From positions 10,329 through 74,328 of the forward strand of contig CACYQZ010000002.1 of NCBI GenBank assembly GCA_902776665.1: a stretch of 64,000 bases of DNA. Reading direction: 5' to 3'. The notes beneath the pieces are model-generated. The model saw nothing but the letters and a program-made list of their open reading frames with translations. It did no database searches and was not told the origin of the DNA. Position numbers and translations under genes: made by a program. The stretch is from an uncultured Prevotellaceae bacterium. GTDB lineage: Bacteria > Bacteroidota > Bacteroidia > Bacteroidales > Bacteroidaceae. This document shows positions 8,458-18,556 of the stretch, one piece after another (position 1 is the stretch's first letter; every line of letters starts with the position of its first letter).

Positions 8458-8465
8458 TATCTTTG
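8458..8465 (+). promoter_or_regulatory. -7 element (TATCTTTG) for the dtd operon
   Basis: TAnnTTTG followed by CA, 15 nt upstream of the dtd ATG. Confidence 0.6.
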
Positions 8466-8479
8466 CAAACAAAAAACTG

Positions 8480-8932
8480 ATGAGAGCAGTTATTCAGCGA
8501 GTAAACAGCGCGAGCGTGACCATTGCGGAGCGCGAGAAATCGGCGATTGACAAGGGTTTGCTCATCCTTCTGGGCGTGGAAGAACGCGACACACAGGAGG
8601 ATGTCGATTGGCTCGTGCGCAAAATCGCCAATCTGCGCATCTTCGACGATGACGCAGGCGTGATGAACAGGAGTATTATCGATATGGGCGGCGAGGCGTT
8701 GGTCGTCAGCCAGTTTACGTTGTTTGCCTCGTACAAAAAGGGAAATCGTCCGTCGTGGCTTCGCGCTGCAAGGCACGAAATCAGCATTCCGCTCTACGAG
8801 TCATTCTGCTCAGAACTCGGAAAAATCATCGGAAAAGCCGTTGGAACGGGCGAATTTGGAGCCTATATGCAAGTGAAACTTGAAAATGATGGGCCTGTAA
8901 CGATTTGTATGGACACTAAAAACAAAGAATAA
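8480..8932 (+). CDS. dtd: D-aminoacyl-tRNA deacylase
   Basis: MRAVIQRV, VSQFTL, GNRPS, ENDGPVT. Confidence 0.97.
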   Translation: MRAVIQRVNSASVTIAEREKSAIDKGLLILLGVEERDTQEDVDWLVRKIANLRIFDDDAGVMNRSIIDMGGEALVVSQFTLFASYKKGNRPSWLRAARHEISIPLYESFCSELGKIIGKAVGTGEFGAYMQVKLENDGPVTICMDTKNKE

Positions 8933-9186
8933 TGGAAACAGAAAAGAAAATTGATAAAATAACCATCTATACGCCAGTTATATTATTCGTAAATTGGTTT
9001 GCAAGTTTGCTAATAGGAAACGAATTTTACTGGCTGTTAAATTTAAATATATGTGGATTGTTTGCTTTGTTCTGCCTATATTTCCTTCTCATTCATAGAA
9101 AAGGATCACGATTAGCTAAGGTCTTTGCTGGAGGATGGCTATTTTTGACTTACATTTTTTTAGCAATATCATATGGAGGAGCTTAG
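8932..9186 (+). CDS. Small hypothetical membrane protein (AT-rich islet)
   Basis: 84 aa with three hydrophobic segments; start overlaps the dtd stop (TAATG); visibly AT-rich. Confidence 0.6.
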   Translation: METEKKIDKITIYTPVILFVNWFASLLIGNEFYWLLNLNICGLFALFCLYFLLIHRKGSRLAKVFAGGWLFLTYIFLAISYGGA

Positions 9187-9231
9187 AATTATGACTCTCA
9201 TTATCATATACGTTATTTAATTCAGATAAAA

Positions 9232-9612
9232 ATGAAAAGGAATATTATCAATATAGTATTTTATTTAGGTATTTTGATGCTTATTCTGGCAATTAGTATC
9301 CCAATTATTCAATGGATATTACTTCTATCATTATACTACACACAAATATCTGGATACAACATTTTAGGTATAAGTATTTTTAGAATTTTATATTGGGGCG
9401 GATTCATACTAATTTTACCGAAATTGATCTGGGAATCAAAAATCATAAACATATTTGCAAAATTATTATTGATTTCTAGTATTCTATTCATAGGATATTT
9501 ATTCTATTCTGGTGAGTGGAAGATTGGGTGTAAGATGAAAAAACAAGATTATATTAGCAATTATAATTATGACCATCAAAGAAGCACAAAACATTGTGAA
9601 TCAATGGATTAG
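9232..9612 (+). CDS. Hypothetical membrane protein (AT-rich islet)
   Basis: 126 aa, Ile/Leu-rich with ~3 TM segments; 3' end overlaps the next gene by 44 nt, so the true end is uncertain. Confidence 0.5.
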   Translation: MKRNIINIVFYLGILMLILAISIPIIQWILLLSLYYTQISGYNILGISIFRILYWGGFILILPKLIWESKIINIFAKLLLISSILFIGYLFYSGEWKIGCKMKKQDYISNYNYDHQRSTKHCESMD

Positions 9613-9916
9613 CGAATACGGCGTTCGCTATTTCTCGGAACTGACGAATCTGGCGGTGCTGACGGAGGAAGTCGGCGAACTGGCGCGTGTGATGGCACGA
9701 CGCTACGGCGACCAGTCGTGGAAAACGACCGACCCTCGCAGCGAAGACAACGGACAGCAGGCGCTCGGCGAAGAAATGGCCGATATTCTGTGGGTGTTGC
9801 TCTGTCTGGCGAATCAAACGGGCATCGACCTCACGGACGAACTCAAAAAGAGCATCGAGAAAAAGACGAATCGCGATTCGCTGCGCCACATCGAGAATCC
9901 AAAACTAAAAGCATAA
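9569..9916 (+). CDS. MazG-like nucleotide pyrophosphohydrolase (YpjD-type)
   Basis: YFSELTNLAVLTEEVGELAR and EEMADILWVL acidic metal-binding motifs. Confidence 0.9.
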   Translation: MTIKEAQNIVNQWISEYGVRYFSELTNLAVLTEEVGELARVMARRYGDQSWKTTDPRSEDNGQQALGEEMADILWVLLCLANQTGIDLTDELKKSIEKKTNRDSLRHIENPKLKA

Positions 9917-9961
9917 AATGACGATGAAACCGACCATTTTTAAACATTAAATAAGAAAATT

Positions 9962-10870
9962 ATGGCAAAAGAAAGCATCAATTACAGCAACAAAATCGAG
10001 GATATTCTGAAGAAATACAACCTCGAAGTGGATGACGCGCAGGTAAAAGCCGCCGTCACGAAACTCATTGCCGAGAAAGTGCCTGAAAACGACACGCTCG
10101 ACGTGAAAAAATTCCTTTTTGGCAGCATCGAACTGACCACGCTGAAAACCACCGACTCTGACGAGAGCGTGATGGCTTTCACCGAGCGCGTGAACGACTT
10201 TGCGGCGCAATACCCTGCCCTACCCCACGTGGCTACGATTTGCGTCTATCCCTGCTTCGCCCGCACGGTGAGCGAGACGCTCGAAGTCGAGGGTGTCGAG
10301 GTGGCTTGCGTGAGCGGTAGTTTCCCCTCGTCGCAGGCGTTGATCGAGGTGAAAATTGCCGAAACCGCCCTTGCCGTGAAAGATGGCGCAACGGAAATCG
10401 ACATTGTAATGCCAGTCGGAAAATTCCTCAGCGGCGATTATGAGAGCGTTTGCGAGGAAATTTCGGAGTTGAAACAGGTCTGTGGCGACGATGTGGCGAT
10501 GAAGGTGATTTTGGAAACTGGCGACATCGTGACAGGCTCGAACATTAAAAAAGCGTCGATTTTATCGATGTATGCCGGTGGCGACTACATCAAAACTTCG
10601 ACGGGAAAAGAGAAAATTTCGGCCACGCCCGAAGCTGCATACGTGATGTGTCAGGCCATCAAGGAATACTACGACGAGACGGGTATTCAGGTTGGTTTCA
10701 AGCCGGCTGGCGGCATCAACACCGTGAGCGACGCACTGATCTACTACACGATTGTGAAGGAAGTTCTGGGTGATAAGTGGCTGAATAACAAATGGTTACG
10801 ACTCGGCACATCACGTCTTGCCAACCTGCTTCTCAGCGAAATTGAAGGTCAGGAAATCAAGTTTTTCTAA
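9962..10870 (+). CDS. deoC: Deoxyribose-phosphate aldolase
   Basis: ELTTL, ICVYP, GATEIDIV, KVILETG, DYIKTSTGK, GFKPAGG, RLGTS. Confidence 0.95.
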   Translation: MAKESINYSNKIEDILKKYNLEVDDAQVKAAVTKLIAEKVPENDTLDVKKFLFGSIELTTLKTTDSDESVMAFTERVNDFAAQYPALPHVATICVYPCFARTVSETLEVEGVEVACVSGSFPSSQALIEVKIAETALAVKDGATEIDIVMPVGKFLSGDYESVCEEISELKQVCGDDVAMKVILETGDIVTGSNIKKASILSMYAGGDYIKTSTGKEKISATPEAAYVMCQAIKEYYDETGIQVGFKPAGGINTVSDALIYYTIVKEVLGDKWLNNKWLRLGTSRLANLLLSEIEGQEIKFF

Positions 10871-10891
10871 GTTTTCAGCGGCGGAAAACAA

Positions 10892-11869
10892 CTATTTATT
10901 CCGCTTGATGACATAATCGAGATAGGCGTGGAGGGCTTCGCGAACAGCGGGGTCCTCTACCCTTTTCTCGATGAATCCGACGGCCTCGGCGTGGAATTCC
11001 CACATCCGTTTTTCAGCGTATTCAATACCGCCCTGTTGCTTCGCAAATTCCACCAAAACGGCGATTTCATCGGGATTGATGGTGCCTGCTTTCACTTTTC
11101 GGGCGAGTTTCGTCATCGAGTCGAACGACGAATGGTTGAGCGCATAAATCACGGGCAGCGTCAGTTTTCCCTCGGCCATATCGTTGCCTGTCGGTTTACC
11201 GATTTCGGGCGAATCGTAATAGTCGAAAATATCGTCGCGAATTTGGAAAATAATGCCCAAATTCTGGCCAAACCGCTTCGCCTCTTCCACCACTTCCTCG
11301 TCGGCTCCAACGGAAAGCGCTCCAATGCCGGCACAAGCTTCGAAAAGTGCCGCTGTTTTTTGGTTAATCACCTGATAATAAACCTCTTCCGAGAAGTCCT
11401 CGTTCTGAATGTTCGTCAGTTGTAGTATCTCGCCATTCGAGAGCGTTCGACCCAGTTCGGCGAGGTTTTCCACGATGCGTTGGTCGCCCGTTTTCGCCAC
11501 GTTCAGCAGCGCGGTCGAAAGAATGAAATCGCCCACCAACACCGCCACCTTGTTATTATAGGTCGCATTCACCGAGGCCTGTCCGCGCCGTTCTGAACTC
11601 TCATCGACCACGTCGTCGTGGACGAGCGAGGCCGTGTGCAGCAGTTCCAAGCCCACGGCAGCGTGCTGTGTCACGGGCGAAATTTTGCCGAAACTCTTCG
11701 CAATGAGCAGAATCAAAATCGGTCGCATCCGCTTGCCCGTGCGCTGTCGAATGTGTTCGAGAACCTGTCCGAGCATTCCGTCTTCGTGGGTCAGCGATTG
11801 GTTGAAAATCTCGATGAAATCGGCAATTTCTGTCGAAATCGGCTGTTTGATAATCGATGAATAATCCAT
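10892..11869 (-). CDS. ispB: Polyprenyl (octaprenyl-type) diphosphate synthase
   Basis: GKRMRP; first Asp-rich motif LVHDDVVD..RRG; second motif FQIRDDIFD; GKPTGND. Confidence 0.88.
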   Translation of the reverse strand: MDYSSIIKQPISTEIADFIEIFNQSLTHEDGMLGQVLEHIRQRTGKRMRPILILLIAKSFGKISPVTQHAAVGLELLHTASLVHDDVVDESSERRGQASVNATYNNKVAVLVGDFILSTALLNVAKTGDQRIVENLAELGRTLSNGEILQLTNIQNEDFSEEVYYQVINQKTAALFEACAGIGALSVGADEEVVEEAKRFGQNLGIIFQIRDDIFDYYDSPEIGKPTGNDMAEGKLTLPVIYALNHSSFDSMTKLARKVKAGTINPDEIAVLVEFAKQQGGIEYAEKRMWEFHAEAVGFIEKRVEDPAVREALHAYLDYVIKRNK

Positions 11870-11959
11870 AAAATTTATTTTTTCAGGACAAAATTACAGA
11901 AAAAATCGGGATTTTCTGCAAAAAAAGTTGTAATTTTACGCGATAAAATTGAAATTCGT

Positions 11960-14722
11960 ATGAAAAAACTGTTTCTATTCGACGCTTACGCGCTGATTTA
12001 CCGCGCGTATTACGCTTTCATCAAGAACCCTCGCATCAACTCGAAAGGGCTGAATACATCGGCTGTGATGGGCTTTGTGAACACGCTCAACGAGATTATC
12101 ACCAAAGAGCAGCCGACGCACATCGGCGTGGCTTTCGACCACGGAAAAACTTTCCGCAACGAGGCATTTCCCGAGTACAAAGCACAGCGCGAGGAGACAC
12201 CCGAGGACATCAAACGCTCGGTGCCGATCATCAAGCAATTGCTTGAGGCGTGGCACATTCCGTGCTTGCAAGTCGATGGGTTCGAGGCCGACGACGTGAT
12301 TGGCACACTCTCGATGAAATCGGGGAAAATGGGCGTTGAAACCTATATGCTGACACCCGACAAGGACTACGGACAACTCGTTCGCGACAACATTTTCCAG
12401 TTCCGTCCGCGTCACGGCGGTGGCTACGAAAAAATGGGACCGAAAGAGGTTTGCGCGAAATATGGCATCGAAAATACCGACCAAATCATCGACCTTTTGG
12501 CGCTGATGGGCGACTCGTCGGACAATTTCCCGGGCTGTCCAGGCGTAGGCGAGAAAACCGCCGTGAAACTCATCGAGGAGTTTGGCAACATCGACAATCT
12601 TTTGGAAAATTCCGACCAAATCAAGGGGAAATTGCGCGAGAAAGTCGAGGCGCACGTCGATGATATTCGGATGTCGAAATTCCTCGCGACGATTCGAACC
12701 GACGTTCCAATTGAACTCGATTTGGATTCGCTGCAACTTCGCGAACCCGACGAGGAAAAATTACGTGCCCTCTTCGCCGAACTCGAGTTCAAGACCTTGG
12801 CCGACAAAATTCTTAAAAAACCGACACAAACACCAAAAATTGTTAATGGACAGCTCGATTTGTTTGGAAATTTTGCGCCCGAGGTTACGGAAATCCAAAA
12901 AAATCCCGATTTTTTGACCCTTCAGACGACCCCTCACAATTACCAACTCATTGATAATCAAGAAGAAATGCAAAAACTTTGTGATTTTTTCTTGACAAAT
13001 GAAATTCTCAGTTTAGACACGGAAACCACCTCGACGAACCCGATTGAGGCGGAATTGGTCGGTTTGAGCTTCGCCGTCGAAGAAACGAAGGCATTTTACG
13101 TTCCCGTGCCAGGCGAACGCAACGAGGCGCAAAAAATTGTCGAAATTTTTAGACCTGTCTATGAAAATCCGAAAATTCTGAAAATCGGACAGAATCTGAA
13201 ATATGACCTCGAGGTGTTGGCTCGCTACGGAATCGAGTTGAAAGGCCCGATGTTCGACACGATGATTGCCCATTACCTGCTGCAACCCGAACTGCGCCAC
13301 AATATGGACTATATGGCCGAGACGCTGCTGAACTACCAGACCATCCACATCGACCAACTCATCTGCGCGAAGGGTAGGGGACAGCGATCGATGCGCGACC
13401 TACTGCCGTCGCAAGTTTATGAATACGCCTGCGAGGACGCCGACATCACACTGCGCCTGAAAAACGTGCTTGAGCCGCGCCTGAAAGAGGCTGGTATAGA
13501 GTCGTTGTTCCACGACATCGAAATGCCACTGATGCCCGTCTTGGCCGAAATGGAGATGAACGGCGTTTGTTTAGACACGAAAGCATTGTCAGAAACGTCA
13601 AAACTTTTTACCGAAAGAATGTTGCAACTCGAACAACACATTTACGAGTTGGCAGGCGAGCCGTTCAACATTTCAAGTCCGAAGCAAGTGGGCGACATTC
13701 TCTTCGGAAAAATGAAAATCATTGAGAAACCGAAGAAGACGAAAACGGGACAGTTTGTCACGTCGGAAGAAGTGCTGATGCAACTGCGCTCGAAGAGTCC
13801 CATCGTCGGAGAAATCCTTGATTATCGTGGTTTGAAGAAATTGCTCGGCACCTATGTCGATGCACTTCCAAAACTCATCAATCCGCAAACGGGTCGTATT
13901 CATACCTCGTTCAACCAAGCCGTCACAGCGACTGGACGACTTTCGTCGAGCGACCCGAACCTGCAAAACATTCCCGTCAGGGGAGAAGACGGAAAAGAAA
14001 TCAGAAAATGCTTCGTTCCAGAAGAAAATTGTCAATTCTTTTCAGCAGACTACAGCCAAATTGAATTGCGCGTGATGGCCCATCTGTCGGGCGACGAAAA
14101 TATGATTCGCGTCTTCCGCGAAGGCAAAGACCTGCACGCCGCCACCGCCGCCACCATCTACAAAAAAAATATCGACGACGTCACCCGCGACGAGCGCACG
14201 AAGTCGAAACGCGCCAATTTCGGCATCATCTACGGCATCACCATCTTTGGACTGGCCGATCGGCTCGACATCAGCCGCGACGAGGCGAAAATGCTTATCG
14301 ACGGCTTTTTCCAGACCTTCCCGCGTGTGCACGACTATATGGAACAAGCGAAACAGACGGCTCGCGAGCGCGGTTATGCCGAAACACTGTTCCACCGTCG
14401 GCGCTATCTGCCCGACATCAATTCGCGCAACGCCACCGTGCGCAATTTCGCCGAGCGCAACGCCATCAACGCACCGATTCAGGGCTCAGCCGCCGACATC
14501 ATCAAGGTGGCGATGATTCGCATTCACGAGCGATTCAAAGCCGAAAAAATACGCTCGAAAATGATTCTGCAAGTCCACGACGAACTCAATTTCTCGGTCG
14601 TTCCCGAGGAAAAGAGTAGGGTAGAGGCCATCGTCTTAGAGGAGATGCAGAATGCCTACAGCCTCAACGTGCCGCTCGTGGCCGACTGTGGCTGGGGCGA
14701 CAACTGGCTTGAGGCACATTAA
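11960..14722 (+). CDS. polA: DNA polymerase I
   Basis: 5'-3' exonuclease N-terminus (FEADDVIGT), 3'-5' exo LDTET, motif A ADYSQIELR, motif B KRANFGIIYG, motif C LQVHDEL. Confidence 0.98.
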   Translation: MKKLFLFDAYALIYRAYYAFIKNPRINSKGLNTSAVMGFVNTLNEIITKEQPTHIGVAFDHGKTFRNEAFPEYKAQREETPEDIKRSVPIIKQLLEAWHIPCLQVDGFEADDVIGTLSMKSGKMGVETYMLTPDKDYGQLVRDNIFQFRPRHGGGYEKMGPKEVCAKYGIENTDQIIDLLALMGDSSDNFPGCPGVGEKTAVKLIEEFGNIDNLLENSDQIKGKLREKVEAHVDDIRMSKFLATIRTDVPIELDLDSLQLREPDEEKLRALFAELEFKTLADKILKKPTQTPKIVNGQLDLFGNFAPEVTEIQKNPDFLTLQTTPHNYQLIDNQEEMQKLCDFFLTNEILSLDTETTSTNPIEAELVGLSFAVEETKAFYVPVPGERNEAQKIVEIFRPVYENPKILKIGQNLKYDLEVLARYGIELKGPMFDTMIAHYLLQPELRHNMDYMAETLLNYQTIHIDQLICAKGRGQRSMRDLLPSQVYEYACEDADITLRLKNVLEPRLKEAGIESLFHDIEMPLMPVLAEMEMNGVCLDTKALSETSKLFTERMLQLEQHIYELAGEPFNISSPKQVGDILFGKMKIIEKPKKTKTGQFVTSEEVLMQLRSKSPIVGEILDYRGLKKLLGTYVDALPKLINPQTGRIHTSFNQAVTATGRLSSSDPNLQNIPVRGEDGKEIRKCFVPEENCQFFSADYSQIELRVMAHLSGDENMIRVFREGKDLHAATAATIYKKNIDDVTRDERTKSKRANFGIIYGITIFGLADRLDISRDEAKMLIDGFFQTFPRVHDYMEQAKQTARERGYAETLFHRRRYLPDINSRNATVRNFAERNAINAPIQGSAADIIKVAMIRIHERFKAEKIRSKMILQVHDELNFSVVPEEKSRVEAIVLEEMQNAYSLNVPLVADCGWGDNWLEAH

Positions 14723-14747
14723 AGGCTCAAAAACCGCGAAAAATCGG

Positions 14748-15050
14748 TTATTTAAACTCAAAAAGATTGATGAAACCCGTCATGGTGAACACCTGACGAA
14801 GGTCGTCGTTGAGTCCCGTGATATAGACGTGGCTTCCCTTTGGTTTGGCGGTTTTCAGCAGACCGAGAAATAGTCGCAGACCACTCGACGAAATGTATTC
14901 CATTTCTGTGCAGTCGAGCACGACATCATGGCCATCGCACTCGTAGAGTTGCTGCATTTCCTTCTCCACCTGCGGAGCGGCTGCGGTGTCGAGACGCCCT
15001 TCAAACTTCATTACGAAATTACCGTTTTCCTCTTTGAATGTTGTGTTCAT
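14748..15050 (-). CDS. STAS anti-sigma-factor antagonist
   Basis: GRLDTAAA; LDCTEMEYISSSGLR with the conserved phospho-Ser; VFTMTG. Confidence 0.92.
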   Translation of the reverse strand: MNTTFKEENGNFVMKFEGRLDTAAAPQVEKEMQQLYECDGHDVVLDCTEMEYISSSGLRLFLGLLKTAKPKGSHVYITGLNDDLRQVFTMTGFINLFEFK

Positions 15051-15105
15051 ATTTCTATTGAATTTTAGTGATTTTAATGCTTAGATGAATCATTTTTCAG
15101 ATGGT

Positions 15106-17346
15106 TTAATCGACGATTTCATTCGACGTGAGTTTTTTGCGAAGCGTCAAGACGTTTTTGTTGTCGATGCGCTCGTAGTTGATGCTGTCCATCAGTTGTC
15201 GCACCAAGTAGATGCCCAGTCCGCCGATGGGTCGTTCCTCAGCCGAAAGCGTCGTGTCGGCCTCGGGTCGGGCGGTCGGGTCGAAGGGTGTGCCTGAGTC
15301 GCTGATGGTGAATTTCAGGCAAAGGTCGTCGGCCTGCGCCACGATGTCGATATCGCCTTGTGTACCAGGCAGATAAGCGTAGTTCATCACATTGACCACC
15401 GCTTCTTCGATGGCGAGGTTCATCTGCATCGTTTCAGTGGCTTCGAAGCCCATTTCTTCGCACACTTCATCGACGAAAGCCGAGAGTTTCGGCACGTCTT
15501 GAACGTCGTTGGTCAGGGTGATGCTGCGCTGCATGCGCACGGCTCGCTTCGTCTTGGTATATTGGATGGCGAACATCGTCAGGTCGTCGCTTTGTTCGGC
15601 CTCGCCAACAAATGCCTTGACCGCATCGCCCATCGCCGGCAGCAGTTTGTCGGGTGAATGTTGGCCTTTTTCATACATGGATTGGGCCGTTTGCATCATT
15701 CTTTCCATGCCAAACTGCGTTCTGTTGATGTTTTCGGCCTCGGTCAGTCCGTCGGTGTAGAGGAATATCGTCGTTTGCGGCTCGATGATGACCTCTTGCA
15801 AAGGATAGCGCCATCCGTTCATCACACCGAGCGGAATGTTCGACTCGACGGGCAACATTCCGACGCCTTGTCCGACGAGCATCGGGGCGTTGTGGCCGGC
15901 GTTGCTGTAGCGCAGACGACCCGTTGGCAGGTCGAAAGAGCCGAGGAAACAGGTGACAAACATATTCGATTCGTTCATTTCCGCCATCGAGTCGTTCATC
16001 AGGGTCAAAATGCGGCTCGGGTCGGACTCGTGGGCCGAGTGGGTGCGGAACAGCGAGCGTGTCACCGCCATCACCAACGAGGCAGGAACGCCCTTTCCAC
16101 TGACGTCGCCGATGATGAAAATCAGTTTTTCGTCGCGGAGATAGAAGTCGTAAAGGTCGCCGCCCACTTCCTTCGCTGGCGTGAGCGAACCGAGAATATT
16201 GAGGTCGTCGCGGTCGGGGTAGGGCGGAAAGAGTTTGGGCAACATGCTCATCTGAATAGCACTGGCGATGTGGAGTTCGCTACCGATGCGCTCTTTTTCT
16301 GCTGAGATAGCCTGCAAATTCTTATAACCGCGAATCGTGCGGAAAAGGATATACGACATCAATGCCAAACCCACGAGCATCAGCAGCAGCAGGTTGAAGG
16401 CGACTTGTCGCAAACTCTTGAAAATATCGCGGTCGCTGCATACGACAGCCATCGACCAGCCCGTTTCGCCCTCCACAGGCGCATAGTAAACGTAGTCTTT
16501 CTCGCCTTGTTCGTTGATGACGGTTGCCTGACCGCTGATTCCCGACATGATCTGCTGGTTGATGCGATTCACGGTCGTGTCTTCGACGCGGGCGGTTGCC
16601 TCATGGATGTTGGCGTTCAAAATCAGGCTTTCCACAGGACAAGCCATCAGTTTTCCCGTACGCGAAATCAGCAGGTTGTAGGCCGAAGGATAGATGGGGT
16701 TCGCGTTGAGGAGGTCGCTCAACCAGTCGAGCGACACATCGGCACCGACCACACCCACCGTGCGACCTTTGGAATCGTGGATGGGAACGGCATAGGTGCA
16801 GAGCATTTTCATCGCGCCAACTTTGTCGAAATAGGGTTCCGACCAATAGCCTTTACCCAGTTCTTTTGGCTTGGAATACCATTCCATTTGATGGTAGTCA
16901 TGCTCTTCGGAACCAATTTGCACCACTTCGATAAAGCCATCTTCCGTGCGCGTGGCGTAAGGTTCGAACCATCGTCCGTATTTCGGATAGAAATTCGGCT
17001 CAAAACCTACGGCAGTGCCAATAATCATCGGATTTTTCTTGACGATTTGACGAAGGATTCCCCGCAATGAATCGGGGTATGCCAATTGTTGCTCAATCAT
17101 CCAAACCGAGTTATCGACGGCAGTTTCGACGGCGGTCATCACTCGCTGAATTTCGAGGTTTTTCAATTGGAGTTCTGTCTTGGCACGATGCTCCACACCC
17201 TCGCGAATGCCTTGACGGGCATAGAAATACTGCACCAACGAGGTCAATTCGATGAGAACGGCTGCCAAGACGAGCACAATGATGGTCGAGCGTGTCTGAA
17301 GCGACTTGCGCCAGCGGTTAAATTTATCTAAATTCATAAGGTCCAA
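15106..17346 (-). CDS. Membrane sensor: Cache domain, SpoIIE/PP2C phosphatase and RsbW-like HATPase kinase fusion
   Basis: Two TMs flank a Cache region (WYSKPK..GYWSEPYFD); PP2C motifs EVGGDLYDF, GDVSGKG, YTDGLTE, SDDLT; HATPase motifs EEAVVNVMNYAY, DSGTPFD, GGLG. Confidence 0.9.
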   Translation of the reverse strand: MDLMNLDKFNRWRKSLQTRSTIIVLVLAAVLIELTSLVQYFYARQGIREGVEHRAKTELQLKNLEIQRVMTAVETAVDNSVWMIEQQLAYPDSLRGILRQIVKKNPMIIGTAVGFEPNFYPKYGRWFEPYATRTEDGFIEVVQIGSEEHDYHQMEWYSKPKELGKGYWSEPYFDKVGAMKMLCTYAVPIHDSKGRTVGVVGADVSLDWLSDLLNANPIYPSAYNLLISRTGKLMACPVESLILNANIHEATARVEDTTVNRINQQIMSGISGQATVINEQGEKDYVYYAPVEGETGWSMAVVCSDRDIFKSLRQVAFNLLLLMLVGLALMSYILFRTIRGYKNLQAISAEKERIGSELHIASAIQMSMLPKLFPPYPDRDDLNILGSLTPAKEVGGDLYDFYLRDEKLIFIIGDVSGKGVPASLVMAVTRSLFRTHSAHESDPSRILTLMNDSMAEMNESNMFVTCFLGSFDLPTGRLRYSNAGHNAPMLVGQGVGMLPVESNIPLGVMNGWRYPLQEVIIEPQTTIFLYTDGLTEAENINRTQFGMERMMQTAQSMYEKGQHSPDKLLPAMGDAVKAFVGEAEQSDDLTMFAIQYTKTKRAVRMQRSITLTNDVQDVPKLSAFVDEVCEEMGFEATETMQMNLAIEEAVVNVMNYAYLPGTQGDIDIVAQADDLCLKFTISDSGTPFDPTARPEADTTLSAEERPIGGLGIYLVRQLMDSINYERIDNKNVLTLRKKLTSNEIVD

Positions 17347-18527
17347 TCGTTAAATGTTTTACTGATGTCTAACAATTTTTCTTTCTGATTCAAGACTTTC
17401 ACGACGAAAAGTTCCTGGCACTCGCGAATGACTTCCTCGGGGAAGGAGTCGCTCAGCGAAAGCCAACTGAAGTTGCGCACGCGGCTGACCACGTTGATTT
17501 GCTCCAAGCGATGGGCGATTTCGGCGGCGCTCAAACCCTCGAAATAGTAGTTGGCCATGCGCATCCACAAATCGCTGCCCAAGGGCTTCGGCAGACCGAT
17601 GACCGCCTCGTAGTCGCCCACGAGTTCGACCATCGCCGAATAAGAATGGCCTAAATCCATCAAGGGATGGCCGCTGCAAACCTCACCCATGTCAATCAGC
17701 ATCGGTTCGGAACCCTGCATCAAGATGTTTTTGGATTGTAAGTCGCAGTGTAACAGCCGATTAGCGTTTGGAATATTGCCGGCAATTTGCAACAAAATGT
17801 CGATGCTCGCGGTGTCGAAATAGCGTTCGAGCGTGCGAATCGACTGCTCTTCTTGCTGCGCGGCGTTGGGAATCGGACTATACGACGGCACTTCGATGCT
17901 GTGCAGATGGCGGAACATATTGGCATAGAGTCGGGCGAAATCATCGACTCTTTCGGGTTCGCGACCGACTATCGTGCTCAGCGTATGCGCTTTCAGCAGT
18001 TCATAAATCAGACCGTACTGGTTTCCCACTTGCACGCAGTCGAACGAAATGGCGGTGGACATTCCCAGCACGAAAGCCTCTTTTGCCATCGTGATTTCGC
18101 GCTTGACTTCGTCGAGGCTGGTTCCCTCGCGGAAAACCTTGATAATCGTCTCGTCGTCGATGCGATAAACGATTCCGACACCGCCACGACCGATTTCTTC
18201 GAGTCCGTCGATGCTCAGTCGTCGCAAAGCACGCTCGACGGTCATCATTTTCGTGAAACCCGTCATGTCGAAAACCTCATAGACGTTCTGGGTGGCATTC
18301 GTCACGCGAAAATTGCAATATTTCTTGGCGAGCATGAGAAAAATTCGCAGTCCGGCACTGGAAATATACTCCAAATCCTGCGCGTCACAGACAAGGTCGC
18401 TGATGGGTTCGTATTCGGCCAAACCCTTCTCAATGAGCGTAGTAGCAGTGGCGGCAGCAGTAGAATCGAGCCGACCCGTAAGCAAAATCCTCACACAGTT
18501 TTTTTCTTTGCAAATCCTAACTTCCAT
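17334..18527 (-). CDS. STAS domain fused to an APH/protein-kinase-like phosphotransferase
   Basis: N-terminal GRLDS...YISSAGLR; then GRGGVG loop, IIKVF Lys, HCDLQSKN catalytic loop and IDMG. Confidence 0.85.
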   Translation of the reverse strand: MEVRICKEKNCVRILLTGRLDSTAAATATTLIEKGLAEYEPISDLVCDAQDLEYISSAGLRIFLMLAKKYCNFRVTNATQNVYEVFDMTGFTKMMTVERALRRLSIDGLEEIGRGGVGIVYRIDDETIIKVFREGTSLDEVKREITMAKEAFVLGMSTAISFDCVQVGNQYGLIYELLKAHTLSTIVGREPERVDDFARLYANMFRHLHSIEVPSYSPIPNAAQQEEQSIRTLERYFDTASIDILLQIAGNIPNANRLLHCDLQSKNILMQGSEPMLIDMGEVCSGHPLMDLGHSYSAMVELVGDYEAVIGLPKPLGSDLWMRMANYYFEGLSAAEIAHRLEQINVVSRVRNFSWLSLSDSFPEEVIRECQELFVVKVLNQKEKLLDISKTFNDWTL

Positions 18528-18556
18528 GACTATCTTTTTTTTTCATAGATACCCTG

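Noticed and set aside
8932-9568. IS element or prophage remnant as the source of the AT-rich islet
   Set aside because: No transposase or integrase fragment, terminal inverted repeats or target-site duplication could be seen.
10871-10891. Short hairpins between convergent deoC/ispB and polA/STAS as terminators
   Set aside because: The stems are only 5-6 bp without clear U tracts, too weak to call.
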